64,000 nt of DNA from NCBI GenBank assembly GCA_013239625.1, contig MU054338.1, forward strand, positions 1,986,001 to 2,050,000, given 5' to 3'. This stretch comes from Lama guanicoe. Its lineage: Eukaryota. A program made the position numbers and the translations under genes. The notes under the pieces were generated by a model. It ran no database searches and was not told where the DNA came from. It worked only from the letters and a program-made list of their open reading frames with translations. Positions 20,261-32,000 of this stretch are shown here, in pieces; position 1 is the stretch's first letter, and each line of letters starts with the position of its first letter.

Positions 20261-21611
20261 AAAGAAAACAAATGCACTGAAAGAAACGGCAAAATATTTG
20301 AACAAACACTTCCCCACAGAAGACACGTGGATGGCAAAGATACTCAGCATCAGTAGTTGACCAGAGAGACGTCGATTAGCTCCACAGCGAGGTACCATTC
20401 CGTGCATCTTGGAATGGCTGAAACAAACGTGAAGGGAGCCAGTCTCAAACGCTACGTAATGTATGATTGCATTCATATGACATTCTCAGAAGGGTCCCCA
20501 AAACCACGGCAGTGAGGAGCAGGCCCCTAGTTTCCAGAGGTGAGGGCTGGGGTGAGCGTCTGGCTACCAAGGAGTGCCTCCTTCAGGTGGCGGAACCACA
20601 CTCCGTCAACTGTTCCAGCCGGAATTTACAGGACTGTGCCTTTGTGAAAACTCAGAACCGTACACCAAAGAAAGCGCGTACCAAGCCACGTAAATTGAAC
20701 AAACGAAAAACAAAATAAATCTTGTTGCCAAAAAGTACTCCCCAAACACAGAAATACCATAGAGGCCAGAGCAGCGCGGACTGCCCAGCAGAGGCGGGAG
20801 GGTGGGGGGTCCTGTGGGAAAGAGCAAGACTGATGAAGCCCCTGGTCTCGGCCTGGGTGGACAGCTCGTGGGTGCTGGTTTCACAAGAATGTATTGGGTT
20901 GTGTGTTCACGTTTTACGCGTTTTCTGTGTGTGTGTGTTTTTGAATGCACACACACGCTCGCCCTGTTATTCCTGAATGAACTAGTAAGCGACAGATGTC
21001 CTGGATGGCACCCGCTACGTGGAGAGGAAGCAGCTCGCTTGTCTGGAAACTGGAAAGGAGTTTGCTGTGAGGCTGGAGAAATTCACAGAGGCCAGGCCCT
21101 GGAGGAGGGGCAATCAAGGTGCTGGATTGTTTTTTTTTTTTCCCCTGAGGTCAGTGGGAGCCATGGAAACTGTTAGACCAGAGCCTGCCACCCTGGCCCT
21201 GTGTGACACGCTGGGGGCCAGGTGTCAGTCGGGAAATGGATGGACAGCGGGTGGCCCTGGGCTCTCCAGGGCCTCGCTCTGCCATCCGCTCTCCAGTCTG
21301 TGACTCAGCCCGGCCTCCTGGTTTTGCCAAGTTGGTGAGCTCTGTTCTGCTGCCATCCGCCCAGCTCTGCCTGGCCCAGACCTATTTCTGCTTTTCATCA
21401 CCTGCCCCAGGGTGGGAAGCAGCCCAAGCCTCTGGTCCCGGCGAGCACCCTCCTCACAGCCATCCGGTGGAGGGGGGCGGGATGTGGGTGGGCAGGGAGT
21501 GGTGCTGGCCCCAGTGACCCAGTGGGGCCCCTACGGAACTTCCCATCTGCCGTTCGTTATGAATCAACAGCAGAGAAAAACCGCATTGGTGTTGGCTGGG
21601 TGTGGGGGAGG

Positions 21612-21656
21612 GGAGCCTGTGGCAGCGGAGCCTGTGGCAGAGGAGCCTGTGGCAGC
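21612..21656. repeat. 15-bp tandem repeat x3
   Basis: ggagcctgtggcagc / ggagcctgtggcaga / ggagcctgtggcagc. Confidence 0.85.
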
Positions 21657-22479
21657 TGTGTGGCCCCAGGCACCGCATGCACCCTCTCTGAGCCTCACTA
21701 ATGACATCTGTGAGGGGTCCAGAGGCCTCTGTGTATTTCTGAGGGGAGGGGTGTTCTGGAAGCTTCGAGAACTTTCCAGAGCCTTGAAAGCGAGCTCTGC
21801 ACCCAAACACAGTGAAGATCTGCTGGGCGGGGGCTATTCTGTCAGTCTGGGAAGCAGACACAAGTTCACTCCGTGTGTCCCCTCCTATGGCTAGGGTTCT
21901 GAGGGTGAGGGGCAGGGCAGGATGGCCTCCTGACCTCGTGGGGGAGCGGGCTCGGCTCCCAGGGTCCCCTTATGCCTGGGTTGCTTGTCCGACTTCTGGT
22001 CCCAAATGCCGTCTGGACCCTCTGTTTCAAGCCACAAATGCGCCCTCTCGTCTCCCGTCCACCTTCCCGGCTTTGTTTTCCTCTCAGGATGTGTTGCCTT
22101 CTGAGGGCCTCAGACGTGTGTGTCCAATGTGTCTCCTTATCTGTCTAGAATGTTAGGCAGGGGGTTTGAGGATTTTGTCCTTTTGTTCCCCGCTGTGCCC
22201 AGAATGCCAGGCACACAGTAGGCGCTTGGTAAATATTTGCAGGGGTCCCAGAGCTGCCTGCTCCTCGGGTGGGAGAAGGCCCCCTGGGGAGGTGGCCGCG
22301 CGGCTGTGCAGCCAGGACCACGAGGAGCCCCGGGTGCTGTGTGTGGGACCCCCTGCACAGAGCCACTGAAGACAGTGGCTGCTGCTTGGCCTTGACTGTT
22401 CAGAGAAACAGAAGGTCAGTATTGGTGTCCCGGTGACTGCTTCTAATTGGCCCAGAGGAGGGGGAGCGGGGTGGGCCCC

Positions 22480-23050
22480 GGCCAGAGGCAGAGGCCGGGA
22501 GCACGCGGCCCACCCCTTCCCCAGAATGAGGAAGGAGGCCGGCGGGGCCCAGGCTGCAGACAGGCCGCGGCCGCCGCGGGGCCTCGCCCGGGCCGCCGCC
22601 CCGCCCTCCCCGGGGGCGCGCACCGCGCCTCGGCGGCCGCCGACCTGACCTGTCGGGCCGGGCCGGGCAGGTCTGGAGATGGGCGGGGAGCCCTGAGCCG
22701 GCGCCGTCCCTGCTGCTCTGCTCCTGCTGCCGAGCGGGGCCGCCGGGCCGAGGCCGGGAAGCCGCGGGGTTCCTGGGGCTGGGACGCCCCCGCGACGACG
22801 GGGCCCTCGGGGCGGGGGCCATGCGGGCTGGCGCCGCCCTCTGAGGCCCGCACCGAGGCCCGCACCATGGCCCGCGCCCTGACCTGGAGCTGCTGCCGCT
22901 GGTGCCTGACCGAGGACGAGAAGACGGCGGCCCGGATCGACCAGGAGATCAGCAAGATCCTCCTGGAGCAGAAGAAGCGGGACCGCGGGGAGCTGAAGCT
23001 GCTGCTGCTCGGTGAGTGCGGCCTGCCCGCCCCGGTCCTCCCGTCCCACA
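22480..23050. promoter_or_regulatory. CpG island / promoter of GNA15
   Basis: Dense CpG and GC boxes (ccccgccc, gggcgggg) upstream of and across exon 1. Confidence 0.75.
22867..23011 (+). CDS. GNA15: GNA15 exon 1 (coding part)
   Basis: Strong Kozak accATGG; ends CTGCTCG|gtgagt; encodes [13 protein letters not shown]...ELKLLLL. Confidence 0.96.
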
Positions 23051-26000
23051 GCCTGCCAGCCCGCTTTCTGGATGAGTAGACTGAGGCCCACTTCCTGGTC
23101 CCAAGGGGTGAGCTGGGGGCCCGCGCCCCAGCCCGGCCACCTCCCGGGGATCTGAGGAGCAGAGGTGGCCCGGCTGGGTGGCTCCGCTCCTGTCCCGCCC
23201 GCCTGGCCCGCCCTACCGACTCCCACATCACAGGAAGGGACTGAGCTCAGGCCTGCATCTGCCCAGCCCCTGCCTCGCCCACCGTCCCACCCCAGAGGGC
23301 CCGGGACCCTCCCATCCCTCTTGAGGGCTTGACCTGAGTTTGTTCTGGTGGTTTATCAGCACGAGTGTGTCTGCAGAGCGTTGCCCAGTGCCTGGGATCA
23401 ACCCACTGATTGATTGTTTCATTCAATCATCCATTTCTTCATTCATTCAGGATGTACTGAGTAATTCCTTGGGGCAAAGTAGCAGAGGAGATGGACCGTG
23501 TCTCTGCCTCTGGCGACCTCAGCTTCTGGGGAGGGAGGCAGGCGTTAAGCCCATAAACTTAAAAGCAGATAAAATAATTTCTGCAGCAAGAACTGGGAGG
23601 AAAACAGAACACAGTCAGGGGGAGGGGGTACTCGGGGGCGGTGGATTGGAAGGTTGTGACCTCTGAGACCTCGCGTCTTGTCGCCCACTTGTGCCCAGTC
23701 CCCCAGCCACCTTGTGCTGAGTTTGGCCCCACTGCCTAACCCCAGGGACGCTGGCTTTGGAGGGTCTCCAGGGACTGTCCCAGCCCTGGAAGGTCCCGGG
23801 TGTCCTGAAGTCCCGTGTGCCGGCCCAGATGGCCCCAGGCCCATGGTCTGACCCGCGCCCTCTCTCTTCTCGAGCTCAGTGGGAGGGGGAGCCCTGTGAG
23901 GTGGAGCGAGGCCAGGGCGGGGGCTCGGGCCCTCAACAAAGCCATCGGAGCCTGGAAGGCTTTCACTGGGAATTTAATTTCTTTAAACTATTGAAGATGC
24001 TAATCCCTATTCACTTTCTGTAATGGATAGGCTATTGTTAACTTAATCATGCATAGGACATGTTATTCATAGTTTTTTAAATAAATAGCGCTGTTTAGGG
24101 TATTTTTTCTCAAGTGAGCTTTGGTTATCGTTCCTGTCCGAAGACCATGTCGGTTTCTTCGGCACTGCCGAGTTTACGGACACAGAGCTGCCTGTAACGT
24201 TGCCTTGTCGTCCTCTCGTGTCTGTGGGATCCACAGTGATGTCCCCTCTTTATGCGCTGGCTCCGCCCCCTTTCTCTCCACCTGTCGGGCGAGGGGCCTG
24301 TCGGTGCTAGTGACCCTTCCTGGCACATCTCAGGTTCCTGGAGCCGCACCTCAGGGCCTTTGCCACTCTCCCTGCCAAGGGCTCTCAGCGTCCCCCAAGG
24401 CTTGATACAGCCGGTGGTCCCAGCTGGTCTCAGGTGACACTTCAGAGTGCCACCTCCTCAGAGAAGGCTTCCCTGAGTTACCTGGCCGCAGAGGCAGCCC
24501 CTCCTCCTTCCTCGGCCTGCTCTGCCTGCACAGCGCTCACTCGCTGCCTCTCTCTCAGGCGTTTCCTTGTCTGCGCGCCGGTTACACAGCAAGCAGCACA
24601 GAGGTCGCGTGCTTTGTAAGCGAATGCGTGAGTCCTGTTCCAGGGGTGATTTTCCCCGGAGCCGTGCCGTATGTCCCAGGAGCGGGGAAGGCCCCGGCCC
24701 CCACTCTCTGCCATCGCGCAGCCAGTCACGACGGCCACCCCTATCCCTGCACTGAGGGCCACCTCCACACTTGCCCCCCTTCTTAAAAACAGGAATTGAA
24801 TCCAAAAGTTATTTTTTTTCTGGGAGGTGGCTGATTCTTTTGAGGAAGAAGGCCAAGGGGCGGGGGAGGGGGGTCTGTCCCTGACAGGAAGCGGTCACCA
24901 TGTGGAGAAGGGGGAAGAGTCAGAGTAAAGCAATTCAAGGAGCCAGCTCTGTCCGTTCTACTTGAGGTAGGAGCTACTCCTATCCCCAGGTAGGGAACCC
25001 GAAGCCCAGAGAGATGAAGCAACTCGCCCAAGGTCACACAGCCAGGATCGGAACCTACAATTCCGATTGCGATGTCCGTGCACTTTGCCTGGTGAATGCA
25101 CCTGGGGAGAGAAATCACCGAGCTCTGATGACAGGTGAGGAAACTGAGGACCAGGGAGGCGGCAGGAGTGGTCTGGGGTCTACAGCCAATCTTGAGGCAG
25201 AGCTGGGCGTGGAAGCTAAGCTACCTGCTCTTTGGCTGCCCAGACATGGCTCTCTGTGCCCCCGTGGCTCTGTTTCCTGGGGCTGGATGGTAGGGCTGGG
25301 GCTGCCACCCCCCGTGGAAGGAGCCACACAGCATCTCGTGACGCTCAGGGCTTGGCATGGCTCCTGGCCTCTGGAGTTCCCACTTCCTCACCCTTCCCCA
25401 GGAGGAAGCAATCACTTCCCGTCTGGTCTATGAGGCTGTGCCAGGTGGGGACAGCTCTGCCTGCAGCCCCCAGCCCCAATTGGGGGGTTTCCCGAAGCAG
25501 ACAGGGAGTAGGGGGCAGACAGAGAGGTTCCTGAATCCTCGGAGGCCCCGGGAGAGTCATGGCCGCACAGGTGGAGTTTTTCAGATTTCAGGTGGTGACC
25601 CGTCATTCGTGAGTCACGAAATCCATGTTTGGGGCGGTGACCAGGATTTTTTTTTTCCTTTAATGAAACAGAAGAGGAAAAAAAAATCAGTGCATCGCAA
25701 CAAAATGAACTGTTGCTTGGTGAGAACTCTGCTTGATCTCCATCCTTGAATGGGGTCCACCCAGAGGGAGGTCACAAAATGCAGTCCCCTGCCGTAGGTC
25801 TCCACACCATCTCGGCAGCAGCAGAGGAAACATCGAGCCTCCGAGGGTCCGTAGAGACCTCACGTCGACTGATATTTTGATGAGACCTGACTCAGCCAAC
25901 TGGCCACATCCTAGTTTGTTGGCGAAGGACCCATATGAGCTTGTGTTTACTCCTTTGCTAACTCCAATAGCTGTGTGACCATGGGAAAGTCACTTCACCT

Positions 26001-29000
26001 TTCTGAGCCCCCACGGCTCCTCTGGGGATGGGAAAACAGCGGGAATCTTTGTGAGGACTGACCGAGGTCATGCACAGAGGACCTTGGCCCAGGGCTTGAC
26101 AGATGCCAAGAGTTAAATCATGCTTGCGTGACGACAGCCGCAGTGATGGTGATGATTCAGGCAGCGCGCGGGGGAACTTCCGGGTGATCATTTAAAACCC
26201 CCTGAGCTCTGGACTCAGACAGAACTGGGTTTGAGTCCCAGTTGGATCACTCACCAGCTGCGTGACGCAACCAGTCTGGGACTCAGTCTCCCCACATGAA
26301 AAGGGGGGCCAAGGGCTGGTGTGTGTGGAGCCCCCAGCACGCTGGCGTCACTACCACCCGTGCCACCTCCAAATCGCAGACACGCCAGAGACGAGCCATC
26401 TCCCCAGATTTCTCAGGGGAAGGCGAGGCTGTGGGTTTGTCTCGCTGGCTGATATGCAGACGTTCCACGGCAGGGCTGTTCAGTGAGCTTATCCCAGGAA
26501 CCCCGGGAGCTGGGACACACGCGGCTCCATGCTGAGGAGTTTCAGATGGTGGCTCCGTGGGGGTGGGTTTTGTTTGTTTGTTTTAGGACGCTTTTTATTT
26601 TGGAAGCATTTTAGATGTACAGAGACGAGGCCGAGGCAGTACAGAGAGCTCGTGCCGACTCTCAGACACCTTCCTCTCGTGGTACATCTTGCACGACCCG
26701 TGTGCTGGTCCCGGCTCAGATGTCCACGCAGGAGCCCTGACGCTCTGTTTCCGTGAGTGAAGCTCCAGACCTCAGGGTGCCCCGGTGTTCCCACTCAGGC
26801 CTCTTTCTGCTCCAAGATCCATCAGCATCTCACATTGCATTTCAGGGTTTTCCCCACCCTTTCTTAACTTCATTTTGAAGCACTTTCAGAATTACAGAAA
26901 CGTTGCGGCCAAATTCTCCCACAAGTGTCAGCGTTTTACCGCATGCCCTGTATCCCCCCTAAACAGATGTATAGGTTAGATACACACACACACGTGTGCA
27001 CTGTGAGTATATGTGTATATACTTTTTTTTTTAGTTTATTTTGGGGGGGATAATTTGGTTTATTTATTTAACTTTTTCTTTTAAGCGGAGGTGCTGGGGC
27101 TGGAGCCCAGGACCTCGTGCACGGTAAGCGCGTGCTGTCCCACTGAGCTCCACCCGCCCCCTTGTGCATACTTTTTAAAGATACAGTATTGTGTTAGTTT
27201 CAGGTGGGCAGTGAAGTGATTCAGTTATACACACACATGGAGAATCTTTTTCGTTATAGGTTATTGTAAGACATTAAAACATAGTTCCCTGTACCAGGCA
27301 GTAGGAGCTTGTTGTTTATCTGTTTTGTATATAGTAGTGTGTATCTGTTAATCCCAAACTCCTGATTTATCCCCCCCCACTTTCCCCTTGGGTAATCAAA
27401 AGTTTGTTTTCTAGGTCTGTGGGTCTGTTTCTGTTTGTAAATAGGTTCTTTTGTGTCATTTTTTTAGATTCCACAGATATGTGATATTATATACTTGTCT
27501 TTCTCTGCCTGACTTACTTCACTTAGTATGATCATCTCCAGGTCCATCTATGTTGCAGCAAATGGCATTATTTCATTCTTTTTTTATGGCTAAGACTTAT
27601 GATTTGTGTAAGTAAAGCTTATAATTTACACCGTGCATACTCATACCCACAATTCATGTGCTGTATATTTGCATATTTAACACATACATATTCATTTTTT
27701 TGTGAAACATTGGTGACTAAAGTTGCGGCCCTGACATTTTTTTGCCCCTATATAGTGGGGTTTGGTCCCCCTAAAAAACAAAGACCCCCCCCAGGATGGT
27801 GGTCCAGAGCCTGAGGCAGCCCTGTCACTGTCATGTCCCGCCAGCTTCCCCAGCATCCCTATGAATGTTCTTTAGGAAAAGAAAAAAGCGACTTTTTTTC
27901 TTGGACCTCCAGTGCAGACGTGCTGGGGGTGGGAGGGACAGGAAGCCCCCAGGGTGGTAGAAGCAAGCACCCCTCTTCCCCCCACTTCCCACATGCACCC
28001 CACCTCCCTGCCACGCTCCCTCTCCTCCTGGTTCCTCTTTCTGGCCCCAGCCAGGCCACCCCTTCCTTTTTTGCTGCTGGTCCCAGCTCCTCCTACACCG
28101 GTCCCCCCTCCCGCCCCTGGAAGGACCCCATGCAGGGTCAAGGGGAGCCGTCAGGGGGACGGGATGTTGGAGGAGCCCTCTGGCCCCGCACCTCCTGCCA
28201 GGCTATCGTGCCCGGTTCACGGATAAGAAAACAGAGGCTCAGAAAGGGAGCTACTGGGGCTCAGACAGTAGGGAGCCCCGCCTTGCTCTTTCCGTTTCTG
28301 GCCTTGGGCTCTCGAAGGTTCGAGTGTTATTATCACGCCAGCAGACGTGCGACCCAGATGGTCTCACAGTGCCCTGCACTCAGAAGGGCCCTATGGTTTC
28401 ATCCTACACTGGGCCCTGTAAATTCTGTAGATGACCCTGCAAAGACCCCTCTCCTCACTATGGTCCGTCAACAGGTCGTGTGGATTCTGTCTCCCAAATG
28501 TCTTGTGCATATGATCCCTTCTCTCCAGCTGCACCCCGCTGCCTGGACCAGCTGGTCCCATGTGGCCCCGCACCGACATTCCGTCCTACCCGCAGCGGCC
28601 ACCAGGGGGCGCCTGTGAGCACCTGAGTCAGGCCCCGCCCCTCCTCTGCCCACGCCCTCCAGGGCTCCACCTCTCTGGGGTCAAAGCCCGCATCCTCCCC
28701 GCGGCCCACAAGGACCTGCACCACCCAACCTGTCCCCTCCCTGCCCTCACCTCCTCCCTTTCTCCCCTCGCTAACTCTGCTCCAGACATACCAACTTCCT
28801 CAACACCCCTACAACACAGCGGGCACAGTCGTGCCCCAGGGCCTTTGAGCATGCTGTGCCCAATGCCTGGTGTGCTTTTCCAGAGCAACCTTCCTAGCCT
28901 TCAGACCTCAACCCCAAAGTCACCTCCACCGAGAAGCATCCCGTGACACTTCGCTGTAGTAGTCACTTAACCACTCTTGATGTATCCACCTGTATTTCCT

Positions 29001-32000
29001 TCATCAAACTTTCTCTACCTGGAATTATTATAGCAAATAATAATAATGGCAATTATAATTATGGCAAATAAGACTGTTGCTAATAATAGTGAACCCTGAC
29101 GCCTCTCAGGCATGCTCTCAGCCAGGGCTCCACGGACCTCCTGCAAAGGGCCGGGCGGGAAGCATCTCCGGCTTGGCAGGCCCGGGGCTCTCTGACTCAG
29201 TTCTCTGCTGCGGGCGCCAGCCCCAGACCACCTGCGCACAGACCGGCGCGGCCCTGTGCTAATAAACCTTTACTAACGGGCCCGGAACCCCGAATTTCAG
29301 GAGCTTTTCATATGTCACCGAATGGTGTTCTTTGGATTTCTCTCAGCCGTTAAAAAATGTAAAAACTATCACCACTGAAAATAGGTAGCAACTGTAACAG
29401 TGGAAATGATTTGAAATGTCAAAACCACGCAGACGGTGAAAGCTCCCGGTCAGGCAAGCAGAGGCGGCTCCGCCCGCGGCCGCGGTTGGCCGGCAGCCCT
29501 GCAGGCACCCTGCGCTGAGCAGGTTTACCCCTCAGGGCCCCCGGCCGGCAGGGGTCCTGCGAACCTCGGTTCACGGGCGGGGACCCCGAGGCGCAGAGCC
29601 GTGAAGGCCTCGCCCGGCGTCTCCGCGGCGGGGCTGGGACCCCGGAGGGCGCGGGTGGCCGAGCCCCGCAGAGCTGAGCCGCCCGCGGCGTCTCCCCAGG
29701 CCCCGGCGAGAGCGGGAAGAGCACGTTCATCAAGCAGATGCGGATCATCCACGGGGCGGGCTACTCCGAGGAGGACCGCAAGAGCTTCCGGCCCCTCGTC
29801 TACCAGAACATCTTCGTGTCCATGCGGGCCATGATCGAGGCCATGGACAGGCTGCAGATCCCCTACAGCCGGCCGGAGAGCGAGGTGAGCCGCCCGGGGC
29901 CTCGCCACGTGTGTGCCATGCCGGGAGGGGTCCCTTGGGACCTCAGGGTGGGAGCCTATCCCCTCAGGTCCCCAGGTCCAAGCTGTGTCCCCTCGGACCC
30001 CCAGGCAGAGCCATGTCCCCTTAGACCCCTGCATCCTTGTTAAGAACACCCCTCTGGAGATTTCCTGGGATTCCCCCCACGTATCCTCCGTGGACCCCCA
30101 GGGCTCAGATGACTCTCCCTTGGACCCCTTATGCCTGATTGGAGTCCTGAGTCAGCACCTGCTTCTTTCTAGAAATATTGATACTGTGGGCTGGTTACTG
30201 AGTCCTGCTCTGCCTGCTGGGGGGAGGGGCTGCTCTGCAGACCCTCGGTCACATCACTCTTCTTTTTTTTTTATTTTGGGGGGAGTTAATTAAGCTTATT
30301 TATTTTTAGAGGGGGTACTGGGGATTGAACCCAGGACCTTGTGCATGCTAAGCGTGTGCTGTATCCCTTGAGCTATTCCCTTCCCCCACTCTTCTTTTAT
30401 ATTTGTAGTTTATTGTGTTAAGAATGCTCAACATGAGTTCTACCCTCTTAGCAAATTTTAGCTGCAGGACACAGTGTAAGTAACTGCAGATACAGTGATT
30501 CTGGGCTCTGGAATATGTTCCTCTGAATGGAAACTTTATTCATAGCAACCTCCTAAGTCACACCCACTCCATTCTACCCTGTGTCCGTGAACTTGCCTGC
30601 TCCAGGTGCCTCATGTAAGTAGGGTCATACAGGATTTGTCCTTCTGTGACTGGCTGATTTCACTGAACATGGTGTCTGCAGGGTTCACATTGTCTCCTTT
30701 GCAGAATTTCCTTCTTTTTAAAGACTGAATAATATTCCATATATATGTGTATATGCATATGTGTATCTGTATCACCTTTTCTTTATCCATTCATCCATGG
30801 ATGGACATCTAGGCTGTGTCCATGTCTTGGGTACTGTAAATAACGCTACAGTGCGATGTGGGTGCAGATATGTCTTCAGTTCTTTGGAATAAATACCCAG
30901 CATGGAATGGCTGGATCGGAGGATAGTTCTGTTTTTCACTTGGGGGGGAACCGCCTCACTGTTTTCCACAGTGGCTGCACCATTTTGCATTCCCCCCAAC
31001 AGTGTGTGGGGGTTCCAATTTCTCCACACCCTCTTTTTTTTTTTATGTAACAACCATCCTAACAGGTGTGAGGTCATAGCACCTTTTTTAAAATTGGAAA
31101 GCTTCTGATTTGTGATTCTGAGCTGGTCCAAGGAGCTTGGAAGAACGATTAGAGGCTGACGGTACCTACCTCACAGGGCTGATGTAAGAATGTGATAAAT
31201 TGAAAGTTCCTAAAATCTCAAAACAATGTCTGGAACATTGTATCGACTCAGTAAGTGTTAGCAGGCGGTAGGATCCTTTAATCCTCACAATGACCTCTTT
31301 CAGCTGACATCACCCCATTTTATAGGCAAGAAGAAGGAGGCTTCAAGAGGTTAAGTAATTGGCTTGAGATTCACAGCATAAACCAAAAACGAAAGATAAG
31401 CACCTACTCTCTTAACCACCACTTTGGATACGCTGCCTGCGCAGGAGGCCCCTTCCCAAAGTCACTACCCACCCAAGGGTAACCCTGCCCCATCCCCCGT
31501 TGCCTGTTTTTGAACTTTTCATCCGTGGGATTACACAGAATGTCCGCTGTATCTGGCTTCTGCTGCTCCGCAGTCTGTCTGTAACCCCTCCGTCTTTTGG
31601 GGGCAGAGTTGTGATTTGCTTGTTTCCACTGTGAGAGTATGCCACAGTGTATTTCTTTATCCAATCTAATCGTGTTGGACATTTGGGTCATTGGCAAATA
31701 TATTTATGAAAATACATGCATTTCCATAGGGTATTGACCTAGAAGTAGATTTGGATCATAAGGGATGTTTATGATCCATGTTAGTCAGAGACACCAAAAG
31801 TGTTTTCGTATCAGTTGTACCAATAGAAACCATACCCCCAGCAGCCACGCAGGAAGAGTTCCAGTTGCTCCACGTCCTTGTCAGCCCTTGGTGCTGTCTC
31901 ACTTCTTTTTAGCCATTCCGGCGGGTCCTTTGCGGGATCCCATTGTGGTTTTGATCTGCATTTCTGATTCACGGTGAGGCTGCACATCTTTTCGTATGTA

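Noticed and set aside
22447..22866. Open frame 5' of the GNA15 ATG (210-aa ORF)
   Set aside because: No in-frame ATG; a CpG-island artefact. The ATG at 22867 has a strong Kozak context and gives the expected 374 aa.
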